A stretch of DNA of 64,000 bases from Octopus vulgaris (GCA_951406725.2 OX597821.1:77066001-77130000); one strand, 5' to 3'; positions 38,101 to 51,564 are shown, numbered from the stretch's first letter. Translations and numbers: made by a program. The notes: generated by a model not told the origin, from the sequence alone.

Positions 38101-38512
38101 CGCGCAGGAGTGGCTGTGTGGTAAGTAGCTTGCTTCCTAACCACATGGTTCCGGGTTCATTCCCACTGCGTGGCACCTTGGGAAAGTGTCTTCTACAATA
38201 GCCTCGGGCCAACCAAAGCCTTGTGAGTGGATTTGGTAGACGGAAACTGAAAGAAGCCCGTCGTATATATGTATATATATATGTATGTGTGTATATGTTT
38301 GTGTGTCTGTGTTCGTCCGCCCAACATCGCTTGACAACCGATGGTTGTGTGTTTACGTCCTCGTAACTTAGCGGTTCGGTAAAAGAGACCGATAGAATAA
38401 GTACTAGGCTTACAAAGAATAAGTCCTTGGGTCGATTTGCTCGACTAAAGGCGATGCTCCAACATGGCTGCAGTCAAATGACTGAAACAAGTAAAAGAGT
38501 AAAGAGTAAAGA
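38101..38512 (+). mobile_element. SINE S1, full length
   Basis: complete head to tail. Confidence 0.9.
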
Positions 38513-38734
38513 GAGAACGGAAACAGCAACAGGACTTGTCGCTTAATCTATAAGATAGGAAATGAAATTATTATTCCTAGGAATAACTATTTTGAATATA
38601 GTCACACGGCCTGAAATTTCGATCTCAAAAATTGACTGGTGCCTTACTTTATTGACCCCGAAGGGATGGAATGTAAAATTGACCTCGACGGGATATGAAT
38701 CCAGACTGTAAAAAGTCCGGAGAAATATAGATTA

Positions 38735-39345
38735 CAAATTTTGGCACAAGAACATCATTTACGGGGGAGGAAGTAAGTTGATTACATCCATCCACAGTAC
38801 ACAACTGGCACTTATTTTATGGACCCATAAAGGATGAAAGGCAAAGTCGACCCGGCGGCGTTTGAACTCAGAATGTAAAATCGGAAGAAACGCCACGAAA
38901 ACTTTTTTCGACATGGTAACGATTCTTATTTCTTTATTACCCACAAGGGGCTAAACATAGAGGGAACTAACAAGGACAGACAAACGGATTAAGTCGATTA
39001 CATCGACTTCAGTGCGTAACTGGTACTTAATTTATCGACCCCCGAAAGGATGAAAGGCAAAGTCAACCCCGGCGGAATTTGAACTCAGAACGTAACAGCA
39101 GACGAAATACCTATTTCTTCACTGCCCACAAGGGGCTACTCACAGAGGGGACAAACAAGGACAGACAAACGGATTAAGTTGATTATATCGACCCTAGTGC
39201 GTAACTGGTACTTAATTTATCGACCCTGAAAGGATGAAAGGCAAAGTCGACCTCGACGGAATTTGAACTCAGAATGTAGCGGCAGGCGAACTACCGCTAA
39301 GTATTTTGCCCGGCGTGCTAACGATTCTGCCAGCTCGCTGCCTTA
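38735..39345 (-). mobile_element. SINE S2 multimer plus an adjacent older S2 copy
   Basis: repeated GAAAGGATGAAAGGCAAAGTCGACC bodies; single head at about 39345. Confidence 0.8.
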
Positions 39346-39945
39346 AAGTCAGGAGAAATATCGCAAGGCATTTTCTGCAACGCTCTAACGACTCTGAAAT
39401 CTATGCGAAAGAGTTAATCGATTAAGTCAGCCCTAGTACTTAACTGTTGACCATTGCTGGATTTGAACTCAGAACGCAAAATCCCGGAAGAAATATCACA
39501 AGGCTTCGATTATTCTAGCAATCCACTCACTTCAACCATTCCAGCGATTTTTAGGGCAAGTGGTTAATGGATACCACTGACCCTGGCACTTGTCGGGTAC
39601 TTTATATTATTAACCCCATAAGGATCAAAGGCAAATTTGATTTCAACGGGATCAATTTTTGTTTCGTGTTCAGTCCCACTGTCCGGCATCATGGCCTGGT
39701 GTCTTCTACAATAGTTCCCAGGCCGTAAAGTGCCGGAAATAAATAACGCAAAACATGACTTTAGCAACGCTTTTATGATTCTGTCAGCTTTTCGCATTAA
39801 ACAGCTTCCGATCATAATGATTAAACATGCAAATCATCATTTGGTTCTCGCCGATCATCGTGCATATGACGATTTATCAGCCTTATTTACATAATTTACA
39901 CTATTTACATTTGATGGATATTTGTCCTCATCTTGTTTGTTGTTA

Positions 39946-39989
39946 ACACAACGTTTCGGCTGATATACCCTCCAGCCTTCATCAGATGT
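39946..39989 (-). ncRNA. minimal type I hammerhead (family B)
   Basis: minus ACAT-CTGATGA-AGGCTGG-agggtata-TCAGCC-GAAAC-GTT-GTGT. Confidence 0.85.
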
Positions 39990-40099
39990 CTTGGGGAAAT
40001 TTCGAACCTGGGTTCTCATTCCTAATGTATTTTTCGATGTTGTTGTTGTTGTTGTTTTTATTATTATTATTAATATTATTATTATTATTATTATTATTA

Positions 40100-40180
40100 T
40101 TCAAGTCACTGCCTAGAATCGAACTCGAAATCTTGGGGTTAGTAGCCCGCACTCTTAACCAGTACGCCATATGCCCGTGG
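40100..40180 (-). promoter_or_regulatory. tRNA-derived head with Pol III A/B boxes
   Basis: minus GGGCATA-TGGCGTACTGG-TTAAGAGTGCGGG-CTACTAA-CCCCAAGATTTC-GAGTTCGATTCT-AGGCAGTGAC. Confidence 0.75.
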
Positions 40181-40271
40181 GAATATAGCGTAGTGGTGAT
40201 CTGAATAATAATGATAATAATAATAACAATGATAATAATAATAATAATGATAATAATAATAATAATAATAA

Positions 40272-40302
<31 letters not shown>

Positions 40303-40426
40303 AAGAAGAAGAAGAAGAAGAAGAAGAAGAAGAAGAAGAAGAAGAAGAAGAAGAAGAAGAAGAAGAAGAAGAAGAAGAAGAAGAAGAAGAAGAAGAAGAA
40401 GAATGATGATGATGATGATGATGATG

Positions 40427-40480
<54 letters not shown>

Positions 40481-40483
<3 letters not shown>

Positions 40484-41010
40484 GCCTTGATGCAGTACCA
40501 GACAGTGCCTCTCGTGGCTTCTGATCTTAACTCATTGGAAGTGTTATCATGTACATTGTTTTGTCTTGGTATAAAAGATGGGCTACATAAAATAGTCTGC
40601 TCAATACCAGATTTGCCTATCAATTGTTTGACCGTAACCAGTTGAGCATGTCCTTTAGTGGCTGACAATATGTGCACCTCTGATCAGGAGCAGAAGTAGT
40701 GGGGGAGCATCATAGCCGTGTGTTGGAGGTTCGGATAATTCACCTTTGTTTCGTTCAACATCCTTAAACAATCCTTATTCAGGGACCTTTTGAGCGGGAT
40801 GGGCTACCCGACCAGAAGAAAATTCTAACTGGGCCCCACCTGCAAGGTCATGTGCTGTTTATCTTGATATGAGATCACCGTGTCACGCACATATGGTTGT
40901 GATACATGTGTCTGGTGTACCCTTATCAGACGGGTTGTCATGATGGATATACTGGGCTTCGTATATTTTTCGCCAGTATCACTTTGATGGCATGCACTAC
41001 TCTCTCACTC
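40481..41010 (+). mobile_element. 530-bp non-coding repeat (cargo S5) embedded in (AAT)n
   Basis: starts AATGCC, ends CTCTC..ACTC; homologous copy with the same ends at 42715-43255 on the minus strand. Confidence 0.8.
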
Positions 41011-41084
<74 letters not shown>

Positions 41085-41161
41085 TGATGATGATGATGAT
41101 GATAATAATAATATCGAAAAGTACCTTAGAAATGAGAACCCAGGTTCGAAATATCCCCAAG

Positions 41162-41205
41162 ACACCTGATGAAGACTGGAGGGTATATCAGCCGAAACGT
41201 TGTAT
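41162..41205 (+). ncRNA. minimal type I hammerhead (family B)
   Basis: ACAC-CTGATGA-AGACTGG-agggtata-TCAGCC-GAAAC-GTT-GTAT. Confidence 0.8.
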
Positions 41206-41398
41206 TAACAACAAACAAAATGAGAACAAATATCCGTCAAATGTAAATAATGTAAATAATGTACATAATTTCACATCTCTTAAATATAGAACTGGATTTA
41301 TCAGCCGTTTCGAGATATCAGCATGCATCAGCAATCAGTTTGTTTGTTGAAGTTATAAACAAGAACTTCTAACATAGATGTTTAAACCTGAGATACCT

Positions 41399-41445
41399 TT
41401 GACTGACGAGACACAATGATGTTGAAACACCAGGTGTTCTGGAGT
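41399..41445 (+). ncRNA. hammerhead-like motif, separate family
   Basis: CTGACGA-GACA-caatga-TGTT-GAAACAC-cag-GTGTT; stems II and III pair, stem I weak. Confidence 0.5.
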
Positions 41446-41907
41446 CCGTTTATTGTAATGAATCTAGTGTGATATGAGCACACATTCGTCTTGAAGGTGT
41501 TCTGTGATGAATCACACAAGCGCCTGAACGTATTAAGAGTATGCAAGACATAGCGTAACGAAGAGCTGTTACCCCGCCCTCTTTAGTTCAGAACCCGACG
41601 AATGTCGAAATATTTTGATTCAAAACTATATTTTTGATTCATGTTGTTCATTCTTACGATCATAAAATGACATTATTTAATTACAATTATAAACGCTTTG
41701 ATTCACTTAATTTAATTTTGGTGTTAATATAGACTTTATATTTATTTATTCCAAAATAATGCAAATAATACCAATTTCCCCTGGGGTCGAGACATTGAGG
41801 ATTAAAACAGCATGAGATATTACAGGTATTGAATGGATTGACTACGTGGGAGTTAGATTTAAAATATGATAATGACAAAAAGAAAAGCAGCAGCTTGAGT
41901 TTTTGGT

Positions 41908-41948
<41 letters not shown>

Positions 41949-42039
41949 GGTGGTGGTGGTGGTGGTGGTGGTGGTGGTTGTGGTGGTGGTGGTAGTGGTG
42001 GTGGTGGTGGTGGTGGTGGTGGTGGTGGTGGTGGTGGTG

Positions 42040-42103
<64 letters not shown>
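41908..42103. repeat. (AGT)n(GGT)n(AGT)n trinucleotide array
   Basis: direct inspection. Confidence 0.95.
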
Positions 42104-42104
<1 letters not shown>

Positions 42105-42456
42105 TAACAAAGTGTAATTTTGATCTCGTCTCTGGATTATGAGTCTAACACGCAGTTCCTGCACCCCGCTTTCATTTTTCTTTTTTCGGGGGTGAAAAGC
42201 AGTACCCATGGCCCTTTTGTGTTTTCAGGATCAACGAAGCAAGCAGGGAAAAATGAGGAAGTTATATTCGGACAAGAGATATGTCTAAATGCTTGCAAAA
42301 GAGATATCGTCACCATCATCATCATCGTCATCATCATCTACAACAACAATAGCTCCTAGACATTACTGTCTTGATGCAGTTCTATATTTAAGAGATGAGG
42401 AATTATGTACATTATTTACACTTGAAGGATATTTGTCCTCATCTTGTTTGTTGTTA

Positions 42457-42500
42457 ACACAACGTTTCGGCTGATATACCCCCCAACCTTCATCAGGTGT
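42457..42500 (-). ncRNA. minimal type I hammerhead (family B)
   Basis: minus ACAC-CTGATGA-AGGTTGG-ggggtata-TCAGCC-GAAAC-GTT-GTGT. Confidence 0.85.
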
Positions 42501-42557
42501 CTTGGGGAAATTTCGAACCTGGGTTCTCATTCCTAGGGTATTTTTTGATGTTGTTGC

Positions 42558-42669
<112 letters not shown>

Positions 42670-42714
42670 ACTGCTACTGTTGCTGCTGCTACTACTACTA
42701 CTACTACTACTACT

Positions 42715-43407
<693 letters not shown>

Positions 43408-43482
43408 AACAACAAACAAGACGAGGTCAAATATCTGTCAAATGTAAATAATGTAAATAATTACTGTCTTGAGTTTTAGGTG

Positions 43483-43712
43483 TCATGGGACCGATTCTCC
43501 AGTTTCGCTGGTGTACAAGTGACCGAGATCAAAGCGTCTCACTGAATGAGACACCCACCCATTGCAGGTTCTACTCATTTGCAGCCGAGTAAAATGAAAC
43601 AACGTGATATGAAAGGTTTTACTCAAGATCACAACGTGCCGCCCGTTCCGTGAATCGAAACCTCGATCTTTCGATTGTCATTGCAGCACCCTAACCACTA
43701 GGCCACAAGCCT
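43483..43712 (-). mobile_element. SINE S4-like, diverged
   Basis: minus TGGCCTAGTGGTTAGGG...GGTTTCGATTC head, TTGAGTAAAACC..CACGTTG domain. Confidence 0.6.
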
Positions 43713-44819
43713 TTATTTTGCAAGAGAGTTAACGCCGCTTAAAGGCATTCAGGATCAGTTATTATTGTTGGTGGTGGCGGTGGTATTGTTTTGGTGGTGA
43801 TGTTGGTAGTAGTGATGTTGGCTGTTGTGGTAATGGTGGTAATGATACTAGTGGTGGGGGTGATTGTTGATGGTAGTGGTGGTGGTATTAAACTAAGCTA
43901 CGGATTAACTCAGCCACCCAAGAAATAAGAACGTAAAGATCCGGAACAAAATCCACATCTTATCTGATGCGAAATTAACAATTCTGTTAATCTGCCGCTC
44001 TGGACTGACACCTTGTCATATCGAAGTCGAGAGCATTATAAGCAAAGTTGATCTTGGCTGGATTCGAACACAGAATCCAGAGAACTATGAGAACCAAGAA
44101 CGCAATAAAAGAAGCTTTTCCTCTAAATTAGCAGGCTAATGCATATTCCTCTGCCAAAGTCTGTCTGCTGCAAGATTTTCTGAATTATTCCAGAACTGCA
44201 ACACACAGGAATTTCCGATCTACTCAGGCAGGCATCAACTTACAGTAGTTCAAACTAAACAGTCACCGTATTGACCCCACCAATGTGGGAGGGCCTGCCA
44301 AGGGTATGGGCGCCACCTTAATTATGTAGCATGACTAAATAATTAAAATAATTAACATAATTAAAAACATATATTTTTCGCATTTCTAATGGATGTTAAT
44401 TTATGTTCGTTCAAAGCTTCAACTTATTCCGTATTCATTATTGTATTCGATGTTGAAACAGTTTGGTTGGTTCATTTCGTAAGAGTTTAATCCCTTCGGC
44501 TGGCACGGCATGGAGATCGGGAACGTTGGCGGATTAACAATTGTGAGTGCATGTTTCAGTGATTTTGAATAAGGGATGTGTTGACAAAACAAAATGGGAC
44601 GGCGAAGTCCTCAAATTTAAAAGAAAACCAGTTCTATCACACACACATATGTTTATGTATGTATATATGTATATATGTATGTATGTATGTAAGTATGTAT
44701 GTATGTATGTATGTATGTATGTCTTGATGAACTGATATGTATATATATATATTTACACTCGCACGCACACGTATACATATTAAATATTATAACGAAACTT
44801 CCTGGCTTCTTCATACACA

Positions 44820-45268
<449 letters not shown>

Positions 45269-45275
45269 TAGATAC

Positions 45276-45488
45276 CGGAGTAAGCACATAAATGTGAGGC
45301 AAGGTGGAGAAAAGAGTACACAAATACCAGAGGTAGAGTGATACGGTTTATTTAAAAGCAGCAGAAATATCACAAAAATTGTTACTCATTCGTCGGACAG
45401 TTTTCTGACAGAACTGTCCGACGAATGGGAGCGTAAAACTCTAAGTAACAGTTTTTGTGATATTTCTGCTACTTTTAAATAAAGTATG

Positions 45489-45490
<2 letters not shown>
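45276..45490. mobile_element. inverted PLE pLTR pair with hammerhead variant at 45414-45451
   Basis: CTGT-CCGACGA-ATG-ggag-CGT-AAAAC-tctaa-GTA-ACAG; inverted arms with a one-sided extension of about 70 nt. Confidence 0.65.
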
Positions 45491-45548
<58 letters not shown>

Positions 45549-45579
45549 ATATATATGCGTCCCTGTTGTATTCCTCTGA

Positions 45580-46392
45580 AATATTGATCTATTACGAAAG
45601 ATGGCGCAAGTTGCTAAATGGTTCCACCAAAAATGCCTTCGCTGCATTTTAAACATTAAACGGAACTTTTTTTTTACTCCAGGGACAGATGTATTTTGCA
45701 TCTACAGGCATCAATTCACTTGAATCAATGATCTTGAAAAATCGAACGAGATCGTCTGGCCACATTGTTCGATTGGCAGATGAACGAACATACAAATAGC
45801 TGTTGTATGGCAAACTTGCAGAAGGGAAACCTGATCAGTGTAAACCTAAAAAGAGGTTTAAGGACTACCATGAAATCACTTGGAATGGATACAAAGGCCA
45901 TAGAAGCCCTTACTTCGGATCGAGGTGGATGGCGAACAAAAATGTGGAGTGGAGAGAAAGCTTTTGAAGAAACCAGGATGATCCATGCGAAACTCAGGAG
46001 AAATTTGAAAGAAAAATGTTACGATCAACGAGAAAATTAATCCCAACTATATTTTTGCACATTTTTGTGCACAATTTGTGGACTCAACTCCCATTTGCGG
46101 GACTATGGAAAACGAACTTCCACCAACTACGCTGCCTATATATTTGTGCATACCTGCCAATGCTACATATCCCATAAGGCGTGCAATTCTAACGGAGACT
46201 TCAACAGACATTTCAAGATCCACAAAGATCAGAACTGAATTGCAGCTCTTGGTGGTCCACATCAGATATGCAATTTGTGTGGATATCCTTTCAATACATT
46301 GTCTGGTTTGAAAAGCTACATCAGACGCCATGATGGATGATCTAAGGTGTAAGTATAAGTGGTGGTCAGACTCTGCATAAGGAGACGACCAT
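45580..46392 (+). mobile_element. RTE-clade LINE 3' end with tandem C2H2 zinc fingers
   Basis: FHQKCLRCILNIK, SGHIVRLADER, LLYGKLAEG..KPKKRFKD, DRGGWR..FEE, then CYISHKACNSNGDFNRHFKIH and CNLCGYPFNTLSGLKSYIRRH (46161-46340); ends in (TA)n. Confidence 0.8.
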
Positions 46393-46395
46393 ATA

Positions 46396-46446
<51 letters not shown>

Positions 46447-46449
<3 letters not shown>

Positions 46450-46603
46450 ACAAAATGGGACAAGAAAACAAAACATCCAGATCCAGATAGACGATACAAA
46501 GAAAACAAGGACGGGTCATTCGAAGTTTTCTTTCTTCGGTCAAGTACCTGATTATCTTCGCAATTTCGGCTGATTATACTTGAGATTGCTCCAATCTGGC
46601 CAA
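46447..46603 (-). mobile_element. pLTR-like fragment with the 3' half of a hammerhead
   Basis: minus TCAGCC-GAAAT-tgcgaag-ATA-ATCAGG; flanked by (TA)n. Confidence 0.4.
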
Positions 46604-47045
46604 TATATATTTGAGGAGACCTGAAAGTTTCGTTAGCATGTCGAACAAAAATGCTTAAGCTCATTCGGTCCGGCTCTTTACTTTCTGAGTTCGAATCATG
46701 CCTTGTCAACTTTGTCAACTTTGTCATCGTGATCAATAAAATACCAGTCAAGTACGGGAGTCGATGTAATCAACTTGTCCGGTCCCCCAAAGTTGCTGGT
46801 CTCGAATCCTACAACAGACTGTTTCCCGTTCAAAGAGGAACGTTGTAATCTCAGTCAATTAATCCCTAGAAGCCGAGTAACTGGTCTTCACGAATAATCA
46901 CACTCACACACATACATACGCACACATACATACGCACACATACATACGCACACATACATACACACACACATGTGCATGTATATATGTATGTATGTATGTG
47001 TGTATGCATGTATGTATGTATGTATGTGTGTATGTTTGTATGTTG

Positions 47046-47385
47046 TGGAGACGCGATGGCCCAATGGTTAGGGCAGTGGACTCGCGGTTTCGATTGCCAG
47101 ACCGGGCATTGTGAGTGTTTATTGAACGAAAACCCCTAAAGCTCTACGAAGCTCCGGCAGGGGACGGTGGCAAACTCTGCTGTACTCTTTCTCTCACTCT
47201 TCTTGTTTCTGTTGTACTTGGATTTTCAAAGGGCTAGCCTTGTCACGCTGAATCTCCCCGAGAATTACGTTAAGAGTACACGTGTCTGTGGAGTGCTCAG
47301 CCACTTGCACGTTAATTTCACGAGCAGGCTGTTCCGTTGATTGGAATCAAATGGAACCCTCGTCGTCGTAACCGACGGAGTGCCA
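47046..47385 (+). mobile_element. SINE S3
   Basis: homologous to 21792 and 63495. Confidence 0.85.
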
Positions 47386-48349
47386 CTATTCAGTCTATAT
47401 ATGTATGTATGCTATGTTTGCGTTTTTCAGGGCTGATGTGAATGGAGGATTTTGATGCCAACGATTAGCTTTGAGATGAGAAAGAATAGATAGGAAGCAA
47501 TGGGAAAAATCATCGCCATATCTCAGCGTCTTCATCGTTGAAGTGCGACGTCTGCATTCAACGAATGCCAACATTCCTAGCAGTGCTGGAATATAACAGT
47601 GTCAGATCAAAATCAAGCAGTGTTATCCGAGGGAAGAGTGTTGGCAATACTAAAACCCACATATAATACATCTGGGGAGCTATCGTCTGCAACTGTTGCT
47701 AGAACCGACAGCATTACTTAGGCTGATAGTCCACAGGGCAAATCAGCCAACAGATAGAGAAGGGGATTCCTAGTAAAGCAAAGAGAGAGAGGGGGAGGAA
47801 GGAGTGAAGGAGTGAAGAGAGTGGAGGAAGGAGAAAAGGAGGAGGAAGGTGCGAATAGTGAGTGAAGGGGTGAGGGAGAACACATAACTATAGCGAGAGG
47901 TTATCCTAGAGACATGCGACCGAAAAATATTATAAAACCTGTTGACAACTGTTGATGAATTGTAACTTTTATTAAAATCATTCTTTCCCAAGAAAAGTCG
48001 GTGTTTTTCACCTCTTCTCATTCCTCCTCCTCGGCTTTCTCCTTCTAATTTTTTTCTTCTTTGTGTATTTATTTATTATTTTATTCTTGACATTGTGATG
48101 TCTGAAACGTCGGTGAAGTCAGGTTAGCCGACACAATACTAGTCGAGACGAATCAGGCTAACATTTTGGCAGTTGTCAGAAGTTCTCTTAGGAATGAAGA
48201 ACTTGTCAATGTTTACTATCTTATATCCCCAGTGATAGGAAAATATATCCTTTCTGGAGAAAATTTGGTGAAAAATCTTTAACGATATAAGAATCTTTAA
48301 CGGCTAAAAAGAAGGAAAAATAAAAAGAAAAGGTAACCAATACTTGGCT

Positions 48350-48710
48350 CTCTTGTTTCAGTCATTGGTTTGCGGCCATGCTGGAGTGCTGCCGTGATAA
48401 TTCAATTCCAATATTTATGACTTTTTAAAGTTTGGTATTTACTCTATCGGTCTCTTTTGCTGAACCGCTAAGCATTTTGTGGACATCTTTGAATTCTTTC
48501 TTGATTTTGCACGAGACCAGCAAATTTTTAGAAAAAGGGAACACGGAAGTCGATTATACTAACCTCAGTGAGCAGCTAGTATTTATTTTACCGTCTTCGA
48601 AAGGATAAAAGGTAAAGTCGATTTCAATGGCATTTGAACTCAGAGCGTCAATAAGTCTCAAGAAATGCCGCTAAGCTTTTTGTCCAACGTACTAACGAGT
48701 CTGCCACATT
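48350..48710 (-). mobile_element. decayed S1 3' part followed by decayed S2
   Basis: CTTGTTTCAGTCATT..GCGGCCATGCTGG and GAAAGGATAAAAGGTAAAGTCGA..TTTGAACTCAGA. Confidence 0.6.
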
Positions 48711-48801
48711 AACTAATTAATACCACGTGTATCCCTTCTGCAATTAATCTTCGTAAGTCTATGCTCGTATGTTATATTCGGTAATAAAGCTATTATATTA
48801 A

Positions 48802-48851
<50 letters not shown>

Positions 48852-49046
48852 TGTATATATATATATATATATATATATATGCATGTATATATATATATAT
48901 ATATATTGTTTAATTATCTAAGAATTACTACTAAGAGTTCGTATCTTAAATATAATGAACTCAATAATATCCGTTGTGTATATTTGGTTGTATGTATAAG
49001 CTTAGAAGTATATGTATATATTCACGCTCAGGCACATATATACACA

Positions 49047-49097
<51 letters not shown>

Positions 49098-49668
49098 CAG
49101 CTAAGGGTCGGTTTGGATATGATGAACCTGTAAAACCTTTTCTGTGTAAGCATTCGACTTGTTTGGGCTCGCTTATGTTAAAAAACAATTTTAGAATGAC
49201 TTTTTTCTGTCAAAACGCTACAAGTAACTGACCAACAAAAAAAAAACAACAACCAAGATTCAACCAAATCAAAAAATAAACCCAAATACTAAGCGAACAA
49301 AGATGAACCATCCCACTTCCACTGCGCGCGCACACGCACGCACGTACATATTCACATACCCTCCTTTTACATACACACATATATTCACAAAGAGCTGAAG
49401 CGCTGTTTGATTTATTTTTCAGCGTACACTTTTCATCATCCCACTACTAAGTAGGACATCACCCCTTCCTTCCTTATTCATCTATCACCCATTCCTTTCT
49501 CATTCATAAACACAAGAGTATTATTATAGTAGATTATCTCGGTAACAGTGGGAGCTATGAAAAATATACAAAGCCTAGCATCACCATCATTCTACACATC
49601 TGTGTAATTTTTCGCGCAATTCCACCTATCCGTTTGACCTTGAATCCTAAGACAAGAAAGAATTGCCC

Positions 49669-49726
<58 letters not shown>

Positions 49727-50181
49727 AAAAAAAAAGGTTCGTTCCATGCTTGTTTTTACGTTTTCGTTCTCGTCGAGTTCTGCGTCTATTTGTGGTGTCC
49801 TGTACTCACGTATATATATTTATATATGCATGTATATATACATGTAGATGTAGGTACGTATATATATGCATGTATGTATGCATATATTTTATTTATTACA
49901 CTATTGTATGACTGAGCGCCTACGCGTCGATTCGATTCGATTCGTTCCGTTTCGTTTCGTTTCTTCTTTATATATATATATATGCATACATATATTGTCA
50001 GTTGTGGAACACGACTGTCACTGCATAAACCTGATTATTGCGTAACGCATGAAAGCACTAGTTTATTTCAATATTGTAGAATTGTAAAAATGGCAAAAAA
50101 TAAAACATGAAAATCAGATTAAGTTGGAATTTTATTGATTAATATATTCTTCTATACACAACCATACAAACTATCTGTCTG

Positions 50182-50254
<73 letters not shown>

Positions 50255-50280
50255 TTGTCTGTCTGTCAATCAATTTATAT

Positions 50281-50446
50281 ATAATAATCAAAGGACATAC
50301 TGAGTATGTCTACCTCCTGGAAATAACAGTCAAAACTCTGATTTAAACCGCCGAAAAAATAACAATAACTACGACGGTTTAAATAAGAGTGTTGACTGTT
50401 ATTTCCAGCAGCTAGACATGTCCAGTATGTCCTCTGATTAATATAA
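50281..50446. repeat. 70-bp inverted repeat with 24-nt spacer
   Basis: AATCAAAGGACATACTG..ATGTCTA..CTGGAAATAACAGTCAA..TTTAAACCG / CGGTTTAAA..TTGACTGTTATTTCCAG..TAGACAT..CAGTATGTCCTCTGATT. Confidence 0.8.
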
Positions 50447-50605
50447 ATTTTAATCCTTCAGCTATTTAATGATTTTGGGGGGTCTGTAATCACCTATATT
50501 ACTAATTCTGTTACTATCAATTTAATTATATTACCTTAGATATTAATAATAGAGTTATTGATATCTTCGCAAATATTTTCTACTGAATTATTTGCTCTGT
50601 ATTGG

Positions 50606-50652
<47 letters not shown>

Positions 50653-50821
50653 TCGAAATGAGGTGTAGATAGAGAGCCGACAACTGACGAAGGGTAGTTT
50701 TTATGTTACTTGTCCTATTTTCCATTTGTTTCTCTCGTTTTTTGCGTATTGAATTCATTTGCTTTTGTAATTCATGTTGTTTACTGTTTGGTGGCGTCCT
50801 GTATCCCTATATGCATGTATG

Positions 50822-50872
<51 letters not shown>

Positions 50873-50876
<4 letters not shown>

Positions 50877-51018
50877 GAAATTTACAGAAAAACAAAAGAC
50901 GAAGACAGGTATATAAAGAACAAGCAGATGTATTAATTTGACGCTCGGAAAAATGAGAAAATCTTTTACGATTCGAGCCTACGCTCTTCAACAGAAAGGA
51001 ACATGAGGAAATAAACAG

Positions 51019-51020
<2 letters not shown>
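50873..51020 (-). mobile_element. solo PLE pLTR (family A) with hammerhead at 50963-50997
   Basis: minus TTT-CTGTTGA-AGAGC-gtag-GCTC-GAATC-GTA-AAAG; ends in (TA)n. Confidence 0.8.
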
Positions 51021-51077
<57 letters not shown>

Positions 51078-51492
51078 AAGAGGGAGAGAGAATCAAAAAA
51101 ATACTTGTGGGTTTATCGATTAAGGCCGTGACTAGCTACAATATCACCAGCTGGAAGAGACTTTTTTGTAGAGGACGGATGAAACGAAAACCAAGTCTTG
51201 GGTGAAGTGGGCAACGCTGTTGGAATACTGCCAATATGAAGGCCAATCTATAGTTAGATTGGTCTTCATACTGTCAAGAAGAGATAGACATCCGTCTGTG
51301 ATTAATACAATAATACAGTATCGCTTGATGAAATGAATCAATGATGATGATCAACCGGATGCCCAAGGATAATACGGATTATACTGTACTAATCCCAGGA
51401 CACTGACTCTGATTTTAAAATCATGTGATTTGTAGAAACGCGTGTAGCGATGTAGTAAATATTTATAAATTCTATCCTAGAACTATTATTAT

Positions 51493-51516
51493 CTTTCTCT
51501 CAAAGACAGACACACA

Positions 51517-51564
<48 letters not shown>

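Larger units (their letters stand above)
39883..41294. mobile_element. hammerhead element family B, composite inverted insertion
   Basis: minus arm tRNA head-(AAT)n-HHR; plus arm triplet array-530 bp cargo-(AAT)n-HHR-tail; TSD GATTTATCAGCC at 39871-39882 and 41295-41306. Confidence 0.88.

Noticed and set aside
46047-46751. 234-aa minus-strand ORF
   Set aside because: Antisense read-through across an RTE tail, (TA)n, a pLTR fragment and a SINE; the meaningful frame is on the plus strand
47420-47750. Possible decayed LINE RT (VLSEGRVLAIL resembling GVPQGSVLGP)
   Set aside because: Single weak motif; no neighbouring RT motifs could be read
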